Source: Flavobacteriaceae bacterium UBA2000 | Lineage (GTDB): Bacteria; Bacteroidota; Bacteroidia; Flavobacteriales; Flavobacteriaceae | Length of the DNA: 32,574 nt | Assembly: GCA_002335345.1 (NCBI GenBank) | Contig: DDCS01000005.1 | Span: 1-32,574 of the forward strand | Direction: 5' to 3' | Shown: piece by piece, positions 14,993 through 22,146 of the stretch | Layout: each line of letters begins with the position of its first letter | Position numbering within the stretch: position 1 is the first letter of the stretch | The notes under the pieces: model-generated | Database searches by the model: none | Told to the model about the DNA's origin: nothing | What the model saw: only the letters and a program-made list of their open reading frames with translations | Position numbers and translations under genes: made by a program

Positions 14993-15699
14993 TTGAAAAC
15001 GGCGTGTTTGGCAATCCAGCCAATAATTTTCACTCCGGCAAAGATAACACCTTTTAAAGTCCCTGAAACTTTTGATACCCCGATGCGATTTCTGTAAGGT
15101 ACCGGAATTTCTATATAATTGAGATTCATATTCAGGGCCTTGAGTTGCATTTCGATCGTCCAGCCATAAGTCATGTCGGACATATTCATCGCCATGAGTT
15201 GTTCATAGCCTATGGCGCGAAAGGGCCCTAGGTCTGTGTAACGCGCGCCAAATAAATGACGCATAAGCCAAGTGGCCAGCCAATTGCCAAAGCGTTGAGG
15301 TGGGGTCATCGCTCCAGCTTCCATCAATTTAGAGTCTCTTGAACCGATGACAAGATCCATATTTTTTTCTTCAATCGGGGCGACCAAAGCATCGAGGTAT
15401 TCAGGATAGTCGCTGTAGTCGCCATCAAGAAATACAATGATCTCCGGCGTTTGTTCAGGGTGTTTCAGCGCTCTTGATTTGATGTGTTTCAGGGCACGCA
15501 TACAAGCATATCCATATCCTCGACGAGATTCATTGAGGACCAAAGCACCATGTTTTTTGGCTACGGCTGCGGTGTTGTCCGAAGAGCCGTTGTCGACAAC
15601 AATGACTTCTGTAGCTGATTTTGGGAGGTCATCCAGCACATGTCCGATGGCCCCAGCTTCATTGATAGCAGGAATAATTACCGTGATTTTTGCCCTCAA
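14989..15699 (-). CDS. family-2 glycosyltransferase, polyprenyl-phosphate-sugar-synthase (DPM1/GtrB)-like
   Basis: ITVIIPAINEAGAIG, VIVVDNGSSDNT, FLDGDYSD. The stop overlaps the next start (ATGA at 14989-14992). Confidence 0.8.
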   Translation of the reverse strand: MRAKITVIIPAINEAGAIGHVLDDLPKSATEVIVVDNGSSDNTAAVAKKHGALVLNESRRGYGYACMRALKHIKSRALKHPEQTPEIIVFLDGDYSDYPEYLDALVAPIEEKNMDLVIGSRDSKLMEAGAMTPPQRFGNWLATWLMRHLFGARYTDLGPFRAIGYEQLMAMNMSDMTYGWTIEMQLKALNMNLNYIEIPVPYRNRIGVSKVSGTLKGVIFAGVKIIGWIAKHAVFK

Positions 15700-15707
15700 A
15701 ATAGTCT

Positions 15708-16121
15708 CTATTTGCCCTCTAGTTCGATTTGCTGCTGAGGCACAATATAGGTGTCAAAATACCAAGAGGAAAATTCTTCTAGCCCGATAAACAATAGAAT
15801 TCCAAGAATAATAATCAAAGCCCCTACAAGCAGTAAATTCAGTTTTTTGCGCTTAGGATCGATAGAGCATTGATCTTGAGTTGTTTTGTATTTGTAGATC
15901 CCATAGGCGCCAATGAGGACAGCAACCACGCGAAGCAAGATCGCGCCAGTACCCAATGAGCCGTCTTCTTGGTAAAAAAAGTCTGCAAAAGAAATGGCGA
16001 CAACACCGCCCATAAGCCCAAGCATAAATAAAACGGCAGGGGCGACACAACACAAGATCCCTGCCAAAGCAGACATGAGTCCATATTTGAGCGTCCATTT
16101 AAAAATACTGGGTGTTTTCAT
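15708..16121 (-). CDS. small 4-TM membrane protein with MerT-like vicinal-cysteine helix
   Basis: The first TM segment reads ALAGILCCVAPAVLFMLGLMGG. Compare the MerT helix ASACCLGPLVLIALGFSG, recalled from memory. Three further hydrophobic segments follow. Confidence 0.55.
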   Translation of the reverse strand: MKTPSIFKWTLKYGLMSALAGILCCVAPAVLFMLGLMGGVVAISFADFFYQEDGSLGTGAILLRVVAVLIGAYGIYKYKTTQDQCSIDPKRKKLNLLLVGALIIILGILLFIGLEEFSSWYFDTYIVPQQQIELEGK

Positions 16122-16143
16122 AAAGTGAATCTAAGCCACTAAT

Positions 16144-16890
16144 TTACTCATTTTTTGGGGTATTGGGCCACACATTTCTTTGGTAGTAGGCCCACAGTTG
16201 TGCGGGGCTATGTCCACGTCGGTAATTGACTTGGATCACCCAAAAGTGCCATTGTAATTGCCAAAGCCCACGAGATTTATATTTGCGGGCTGAACTGATC
16301 ACTTTTTGGGGCAAGACGCAAAAGCGGGTCTGGGCATATAAACGGTCAATTAAATTTAAGTCTTCACAGATAATGTAGTCTTCTGAATAGCCCCCGATTT
16401 GGTCGAAAAGCGTTTTACGCACAAAAAGACTTTGGTCCCCGCCGCGACAGAATTTCCAATTAAAGCGGGTACCCCAGCCAGCTATTTTCAGCCACCAATG
16501 CGGCAGGTCAAATGCCATGCGAAAACAACCTGCTTGGCCGTCTTTGTGCTCCTGATTTATAATGTGTTGATCGTAGTTTTCTGGGGGCAGCGTGTCTGCG
16601 TGAATAAAATAGAGGAGCTTAGCGCGGGCGTGTGACGCACCCAAATTCATTTGGCGGGCTCGGCCAGCGGGGCCTTGAAGCAGCGTGACATTTTTCTGAG
16701 CGTTCTTTTTCTGCCAATGCTTCACCGAGCTTTGGGTTTGGTCTGAACTGCCCCCATCGACGATGATAACCTCTATGCGATGGGGATAAACGGCACGCTG
16801 AAATAGTGTTTCAATGGTCTGTAGAATATGGTTCGCCTCATTTAAGGTCGGGACGACTACAGAGAGATTAAGTGGGTTGCCTTGATTCAC
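16144..16890 (-). CDS. small soluble GT2 glycosyltransferase (TIGR04283-type, arsenosugar-cluster-associated)
   Basis: LSVVVPTLNEANHI, VIIVDGGSSDQT, FIHADTLPP. Its position in the ArsM/ArsS cluster matches the family's reported context. Confidence 0.7.
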   Translation of the reverse strand: MNQGNPLNLSVVVPTLNEANHILQTIETLFQRAVYPHRIEVIIVDGGSSDQTQSSVKHWQKKNAQKNVTLLQGPAGRARQMNLGASHARAKLLYFIHADTLPPENYDQHIINQEHKDGQAGCFRMAFDLPHWWLKIAGWGTRFNWKFCRGGDQSLFVRKTLFDQIGGYSEDYIICEDLNLIDRLYAQTRFCVLPQKVISSARKYKSRGLWQLQWHFWVIQVNYRRGHSPAQLWAYYQRNVWPNTPKNE

Positions 16891-16895
16891 CGAGA

Positions 16896-17699
16896 TTAAT
16901 TATTTAGCGACCAATCATAGGACAAATAACTGATGGCTACATTTGGGGCAAAGTTGTGCTTGGTGTATTGATTGATCAGTTGAATCAAGTCTTCAGTTGG
17001 GCCAAAATCACGCTTAAACCACAGAAAAATACGCGAGAGATTCAGGCGTTTTTCGGTGTAATTATTTTTTGTTGAATCGTTAAAAAAGACCGATGCAGCG
17101 CGATTGAGTTGTCGGTCAATTTGATCCCCCCGGTAGGCTTCATTAGACAGAATAGGACATGATTTTGAGGCGCAATTAATGGCGAAATGAATACGCGGCT
17201 CTTCAAACTTTCTCAAAATTTCGTGTTCTATGTCATCCAAAGTCCAGGCGTTATTTTTGCTTTTGAGCACCGTCTGCTTCCATGGTCGACTCAGGTCTTT
17301 AATGCTGCTTAAAGGCAGGTTATCGCAAATAAGTTTAACGGTGCAGGCGTTATAGGCATTAATCCAAAAGGCCAATTGCTCCTCTTTTGAACGAATTTTA
17401 ATTCCTTCAGCCTCTTTTGACAGTGCGCTGATATATCGGTTAAGGTCGCTGATATCACCTTGAAAGCTTGAGTAATCCACACGGCCTTGATCACTGACAT
17501 GACGTTTTAAAAGATGATCCCATAATTGGTGATCGATTCCTTCTTGTCCCAATTTTATTTGCCCCGCGCTGCCCTGCGTCATGTTCTGCGCGCTTGTTTT
17601 TGCGCTTGTTTGCGTTCTGATCTGCGCGCTTGTCTGGAGGTTGGTCTGGGCGTTGAGACCAAAGCCTATGAGTAAAATGAGCCAAAAATATTTCATCAC
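16896..17699 (-). CDS. exported DUF547-domain protein
   Basis: Signal peptide MMKYFWLILLIGFGLNAQ, a low-complexity QTSA(Q/K) linker, then DUF547 hallmarks FWINAYNACTV and EPRIHFAINCASKSCP. Confidence 0.7.
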   Translation of the reverse strand: MMKYFWLILLIGFGLNAQTNLQTSAQIRTQTSAKTSAQNMTQGSAGQIKLGQEGIDHQLWDHLLKRHVSDQGRVDYSSFQGDISDLNRYISALSKEAEGIKIRSKEEQLAFWINAYNACTVKLICDNLPLSSIKDLSRPWKQTVLKSKNNAWTLDDIEHEILRKFEEPRIHFAINCASKSCPILSNEAYRGDQIDRQLNRAASVFFNDSTKNNYTEKRLNLSRIFLWFKRDFGPTEDLIQLINQYTKHNFAPNVAISYLSYDWSLNN

Positions 17700-17728
17700 C
17701 TTATGCGTCTATCGTATCTATAGGATAA

Positions 17729-18697
17729 TTAACAACACCCGCCCCCATCATAGTGATAGGTCGATGGACTAATAAAAATATCGTTTCTGTTCAACGCAGC
17801 CAGCGCGGCGGCAGTTTTATCGCATATAGCCAAAGGTTGATTCGGCATCAGCACATGGCCTTTTTTATCGTCAAAATAGGGTTGGTCACCATAGTAAATG
17901 GCGGCTTTACCCGTAAAAATGCAAGGGCCATCATCGGGCATCGGGTCTTTGATCGCGGCCACTTCTATGGATTCAATATAGATTAATTCCTCTGTGGGGT
18001 AATGGCCTGGATCCAGAATACGATAAGGTTTTCTAGCGCGTATTTCAATAGTGCCAAAGCCGGCATCGGTAAGGGCCTTTACGTATTGATCGATGGGTAA
18101 ACTCCCACTAAGACACAAGGCCCGTAGTCGCTCGTCTTCTCTGAGTGTTACATTCATTTCTTGTTCGCAGGTAGGGTCACTCATGACCAGGCGTCCGTGT
18201 GGTTTGAGGACTCTGTACATTTCGGCAACAGCCTTTTTAAGTTCTTGATCTTTGAAGATGTTAAAAAGACAATTTTGGGCCGCGACATCCACGCTTTCAT
18301 TCTCAAGGGGAAGATTTAGGGCATCTCCCTTGCGCAATGAGACAAAATCTGACGAAAACCAGGGGTTTAGAGCTTCTGCTTCTTTGAAATTTGCCTGGGA
18401 AGCTTCAAGCATTTCATCGACGACATCTACGCCTATGACCTTTCCTTTTTCTCTTGAGAAATAAGCAAATTGCAGCAGCTCCATTCCGCCGCCGACACCG
18501 ACATAGAGAATTTTGGGATTACGGCTTAAATCGCGCGGATGTACCGTTGAGCCACAACCGTAATTCATTTCCTGCATGATTTTTGGGATTTTAAGTCCTG
18601 GCAATTCCCATATGGGGTTGGTGGTACAGCACAACCCAATATCTGGAGTTTCTGCTGCTTTTTTATAGACGTCTTTGGTGGTATCTAAATAACTCAT
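17729..18697 (-). CDS. arsM: arsenite S-adenosylmethionine methyltransferase
   Basis: N-terminal Cys pair DIGLCCTTNP, NYGCGS, SAM motif ILYVGVGGGMEL, a later conserved Cys in LRALCLSGS, and C-terminal GGGCC. Confidence 0.8.
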   Translation of the reverse strand: MSYLDTTKDVYKKAAETPDIGLCCTTNPIWELPGLKIPKIMQEMNYGCGSTVHPRDLSRNPKILYVGVGGGMELLQFAYFSREKGKVIGVDVVDEMLEASQANFKEAEALNPWFSSDFVSLRKGDALNLPLENESVDVAAQNCLFNIFKDQELKKAVAEMYRVLKPHGRLVMSDPTCEQEMNVTLREDERLRALCLSGSLPIDQYVKALTDAGFGTIEIRARKPYRILDPGHYPTEELIYIESIEVAAIKDPMPDDGPCIFTGKAAIYYGDQPYFDDKKGHVLMPNQPLAICDKTAAALAALNRNDIFISPSTYHYDGGGCC

Positions 18698-19524
18698 AAG
18701 GATAAACGCTCAATTAAAATTTTAAATAATTCAACCATTTTGGGTTCAGCTTTTTTTGCACTGGCGATAATGTCACTGATGTCCACGGGTGCCAAATGGT
18801 CTGGATCGCACTCATCTGTTAATACCGAAATGGCCGCCACGGGTAAGGATAAATGATTGGCGACTATAATCTCAGGAACAGTACTCATGCCTACGGCATC
18901 TCCTCCGATAAGTCTTAAATAGCGATACTCGGCCTTAGTTTCGAGTTCAGGTCCCCGCACGCCAATATAAACCCCTTGATGAAGATCTATGCCACGCTCT
19001 TGGGCAATGGCGCGCAAAGAGGCGCACATTTCTAGATCATATGGTGTGTTGAGGTCTACAAATCGTTCCCCCATTTGATCGACCCCTTTAAAAGCCAATG
19101 GGGAACAACCTTGCAGATTAATGTGATCGGTTATGAGCATCATTTCCCCTTTTTTATAATTGAGATTTAGAGCGCCAGAGGCATTGCTCACCAATAGGCG
19201 CTTTACGCCAAGGGCACGCATGACCCGAATGGGAAAAGTCACCTCTTCTGGAGTATATCCTTCGTAAAGATGAAATCTACCCTGCATTACGATTACTTTT
19301 TTTCCGCCAAGAATGCCATAAATAAGCTTTCCTTGATGAAATTCCACGGTAGCGGTTGGAAAATGGGGTATGGCCGAATAATGTGCTTCTTGCTCTATAG
19401 TGACGGCATCGACCAGTGCCCCGAGGCCGGTGCCAAGCACAATGCCAATTTCGGGTTGGTCAAATCCGCGTGCTTCGAGATAACTCTTGGCCTGTTCTAC
19501 CTGTTGTATGAGAATGGGTTTCAT
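18694..19524 (-). CDS. trimeric-type purine nucleoside phosphorylase (PNP/MTAP family)
   Basis: GIVLGTGLG, VMQGRFHLYEGY, LLVSNASGALN, GPELETKAEYR, DAVGMSTVPE. ATGA overlaps at both ends. Confidence 0.9.
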   Translation of the reverse strand: MKPILIQQVEQAKSYLEARGFDQPEIGIVLGTGLGALVDAVTIEQEAHYSAIPHFPTATVEFHQGKLIYGILGGKKVIVMQGRFHLYEGYTPEEVTFPIRVMRALGVKRLLVSNASGALNLNYKKGEMMLITDHINLQGCSPLAFKGVDQMGERFVDLNTPYDLEMCASLRAIAQERGIDLHQGVYIGVRGPELETKAEYRYLRLIGGDAVGMSTVPEIIVANHLSLPVAAISVLTDECDPDHLAPVDISDIIASAKKAEPKMVELFKILIERLSL

Positions 19525-20132
19525 TTTATTAAAGGATTAAATACTTCTTCAGGATAAAGATCTTCAAATTGATCTATATCGTTTTTAATAGGGAGAAGAA
19601 ATGGTGAATCTGGTTTCAAATTAATTAAAGTATCTGTTAAAACTGTGGCACTCCCCCAAATTTTATTTTCAAACAAATCGGGATTCATCTGGGTCATCCC
19701 GATGAGATAATATCCACCATCTCGGGCAGGCCCGATAACGGTTTTATGCGTGTCTAGGCGGTCAAAGGCCTGAACAATTAATTCTGGGGTCAGGTCGTAT
19801 AAATCGCTACCGATGACAATCGCTTTTTTTGCTCCGTTGGTCAATGCAGTGTTTATGGCGTTAGCCATGCGCGCCCCCAGATCATCGCCCTGCTGCACAT
19901 CCTTATCGAACACTTTGGGGTCAAAAGCATCTTGGGGCTCTAAGTAATTGCTGTAAAAAACGACTCGTTTGGCGGGAACCTCAGCGGTAATCTTTGCCGT
20001 GTGCTCCAGCAAAAATTTGTAAACCGCTAAAGCTTTTTCTGGGCCAATACGCGCCGCTAGGCGCGTTTTACACTGCCCTAAAATTGGATTTTTACAAAAG
20101 ATAATGAGATGATTTTCTCTGGTTTGGTTCAT
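19521..20132 (-). CDS. DUF2064/TIGR04282-type transferase (nucleotidyl-/glycosyltransferase-like)
   Basis: LIIFCKNPILGQCKTRLA, an N-terminal motif typical of DUF2064. GSDLYDLT and GPARDGGYYLIG. Confidence 0.7.
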   Translation of the reverse strand: MNQTRENHLIIFCKNPILGQCKTRLAARIGPEKALAVYKFLLEHTAKITAEVPAKRVVFYSNYLEPQDAFDPKVFDKDVQQGDDLGARMANAINTALTNGAKKAIVIGSDLYDLTPELIVQAFDRLDTHKTVIGPARDGGYYLIGMTQMNPDLFENKIWGSATVLTDTLINLKPDSPFLLPIKNDIDQFEDLYPEEVFNPLIK

Positions 20133-20171
20133 GATTTAGCCTAAGTCTTAGCGCACAACAAGGTTTAACAT

Positions 20172-20672
20172 TCAAAAGGTAGGGGTGCCTTTTTCGACAT
20201 ATCGTGCCCAGTTTTTGTCATAGCCATGTAGGGCAAGTGTTGGTTTATTTTGTGAATCAACCACGGGATGACTTTGATTATACCATTGAAAAATACCCCC
20301 GTAAAGGTTGAATATCTTGTAATAACCTAACTGTTTGAGTTTGACACCAATTTGTTCTGATCGAACCCCGATAGAGCAATAAACCACTATTGGAGTGGAC
20401 GGCGCTATATTTAATGCATTGATTTTATGGGCATCAAATTCGTCGTAACCCACAAACCGTGCCCCTTGGATATGGGACACTTCATATTCTTTTAGTGCCC
20501 GTGTGTCCAAAAATAGAACACTGTCTTTTTGATGCCATTGGAATGCCGCATCGGTATTTATATAGGGAATTATACCGGTATTATAGCGCTTTAAGGCTTT
20601 GTCAATCGGGCTTTGACTCCAGGCACTTAGCGTGATCATGATTATGCCAAATAAGGGAATAAGTCTTTTCAT
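20172..20672 (-). CDS. exported single-domain rhodanese
   Basis: I chose the start MKRLIPLFGIIMITLSAWSQ (signal peptide), which forms an ATGA overlap with the arsS stop. Active-site loop VVYCSIGVRS (CX4R). Confidence 0.8.
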   Translation of the reverse strand: MKRLIPLFGIIMITLSAWSQSPIDKALKRYNTGIIPYINTDAAFQWHQKDSVLFLDTRALKEYEVSHIQGARFVGYDEFDAHKINALNIAPSTPIVVYCSIGVRSEQIGVKLKQLGYYKIFNLYGGIFQWYNQSHPVVDSQNKPTLALHGYDKNWARYVEKGTPTF

Positions 20673-21736
20673 ATGACGGCCCCTTGACAACTACTGCCGG
20701 CCCCTGCGGTACAGCCATAACAGTGTTGTGAAATTTTAATGAGACGCCCCTCCATCAGGTCGTTTTGGTACTGAGCAATATGTTGTCGGGCATCATTAAT
20801 CGGCATTTGTAGCATTTGATTGAAATCACAATCAAAAAGATAGCCGTCCCATGAAACGGACAAGGTGTTGAGGCACATTACCGCCCTGGCTGCTGCGGGA
20901 TTAAACGATTCCACGAGCGTCCACATATAGTCTTCATAATTGTCTGAAGCAATGAGATAATCTAGAAATCTAGAAATGGGTAAATTGGTTAGGGCAAAAA
21001 GTCCATTAAATTTTATGTTAAAGCTTTGATCCAAGCGCCTTTTGAAATCTTGGCAGAGGGCTTCTTGGTCTCCCGGTAAAAAAGCCCCACTTGGGTTGTA
21101 AACTAAATCCAGTGTCAGGTTGCTCCCCGTTAGGCCATAACCTACATCATTAAGCATTTTTAGGGCCTTAATAGAATCCTCAAACACTCCTGAACCGCGC
21201 TGACGATCTGTTTTTTCTTTGGTCCAATGGGGCATGCTGCTCACGACATGTACCTGGTGTTGCGCAAAGAATTCAGGTAAATCGTGGTATTTTTTATTGG
21301 CCACAATTATGGTCAGGTTACTGCGTACGATTATTTCATTCACCCCACGTGCTTTGGCCTGGGTAACAAACCACCGGAAGTTCGGATTCATCTCGGGGGC
21401 CCCACCGGTGAGGTCTAAAGTTTTTACGCCACTGGATTCCATGACCTTGAGGCAGTGCTCCATGGTTTCTTGTGTCATGATTTCTTTTCGGTCTGGACCC
21501 GCATCCACATGACAATGCGCACAAACCTGATTACACATATAACCCAGGTTCACTTGAAGGATATCCAGCCCCGTTGTTTTTAAGGGAGCACCCAGACTTT
21601 GCTGTATTTTTTGGCCGAATTTTGGTGCGTCCCCATTGGAAAAAATACCCTCCTCTAAAATTTTAAGCTGTCGCTCTGTTTGGGCCAGCGGACTTTGTCT
21701 TTTGTGTAAAGATTGTAATACTTTGGTTTGGCTCAT
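20669..21736 (-). CDS. arsS: radical SAM enzyme, arsenosugar-biosynthesis ArsS type
   Basis: 4Fe-4S/SAM motif CNQVCAHC, LDLTGGAPEMNP, and a Cys-rich C-terminus CLNTLSVSWDGYLFDCDFN...HCYGCTAGAGSSCQGA. Confidence 0.8.
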   Translation of the reverse strand: MSQTKVLQSLHKRQSPLAQTERQLKILEEGIFSNGDAPKFGQKIQQSLGAPLKTTGLDILQVNLGYMCNQVCAHCHVDAGPDRKEIMTQETMEHCLKVMESSGVKTLDLTGGAPEMNPNFRWFVTQAKARGVNEIIVRSNLTIIVANKKYHDLPEFFAQHQVHVVSSMPHWTKEKTDRQRGSGVFEDSIKALKMLNDVGYGLTGSNLTLDLVYNPSGAFLPGDQEALCQDFKRRLDQSFNIKFNGLFALTNLPISRFLDYLIASDNYEDYMWTLVESFNPAAARAVMCLNTLSVSWDGYLFDCDFNQMLQMPINDARQHIAQYQNDLMEGRLIKISQHCYGCTAGAGSSCQGAVI

Positions 21737-21742
21737 GGCGAC

Positions 21743-22072
21743 TTATGAATCCAATTTATTGACCTTATTCATCATCATTACCCCATGGACCAGCGTAGCA
21801 CCACTTTTTATAGCAGCCCCAACATGGACGGCCTCCATCATTTCTTCTTTGGTAATCCCGCGCTCTAATCCGTCTTTGGTATAAGCATCAATACAATAAG
21901 GGCACATCTCCGTGTGGGCAACAGCAAGGGCGATCAGGGACTTCTCTCTCGGGGTCAAAGCCCCTTCTTTAAAAACACTGTTGTAGTAGTCAAAAAATTT
22001 TTCTCCCAGGGATTCACTCCACTCGGTAATGCGGCCAAATTTTCTGAGATCTTTTGGGTCGTAATAAGACAT
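21743..22072 (-). CDS. AhpD/carboxymuconolactone-decarboxylase-like CxxC protein (arsenosugar-cluster-associated peroxidase-like)
   Basis: 109 aa with LTPREKSLIALAVAHTEMCPYCIDAYT. First gene of the operon, 6 nt upstream of arsS. Confidence 0.75.
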   Translation of the reverse strand: MSYYDPKDLRKFGRITEWSESLGEKFFDYYNSVFKEGALTPREKSLIALAVAHTEMCPYCIDAYTKDGLERGITKEEMMEAVHVGAAIKSGATLVHGVMMMNKVNKLDS

Positions 22073-22091
22073 AAATGTATTTTTTAGCGAT

Positions 22092-22109
22092 TAAATCGTT
22101 TCCGATTTA
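22092..22109. promoter_or_regulatory. perfect 7-bp inverted repeat TAAATCG-tttc-CGATTTA in the leader of the arsenosugar operon
   Basis: Read directly from the sequence. It lies between the candidate -7 box (22116-22123) and the ATG at 22072. Confidence 0.5.
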
Positions 22110-22115
22110 GGTTCC

Positions 22116-22123
22116 TAAAGATA
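22116..22123 (-). promoter_or_regulatory. near-consensus -7 box TATCTTTA (minus strand)
   Basis: One mismatch to TAnnTTTG and the same core as the TATCTTTG boxes at 362 and 3447. It ends 43 nt upstream of the first ATG. No canonical -33 TTG seen. Confidence 0.3.
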
Positions 22124-22146
22124 CAACTTCGGCAGAAAGACATCCC

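Noticed and set aside
15437-16098. Plus-strand 117-aa ORF (15437..15790) and two alternative-frame minus ORFs (15839..16098)
   Set aside because: They overlap well-supported GT2 and CC-membrane-protein frames, and their Arg/Cys/Ser-rich composition is typical of off-frame translation.
17581-17660. GC-rich short repeats (GCGCTTGT...) that looked like a non-coding repeat
   Set aside because: They encode, on the minus strand, the low-complexity QTSA(Q/K) linker directly after the DUF547 signal peptide. This is a coding low-complexity region.
20669-21736. Possible selenocysteine (in-frame TGA) in ArsS, since the family is described as including selenoproteins
   Set aside because: The ORF is uninterrupted and the C-terminal redox motif reads GSSCQG with Cys. 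No in-frame TGA or downstream extension is needed.
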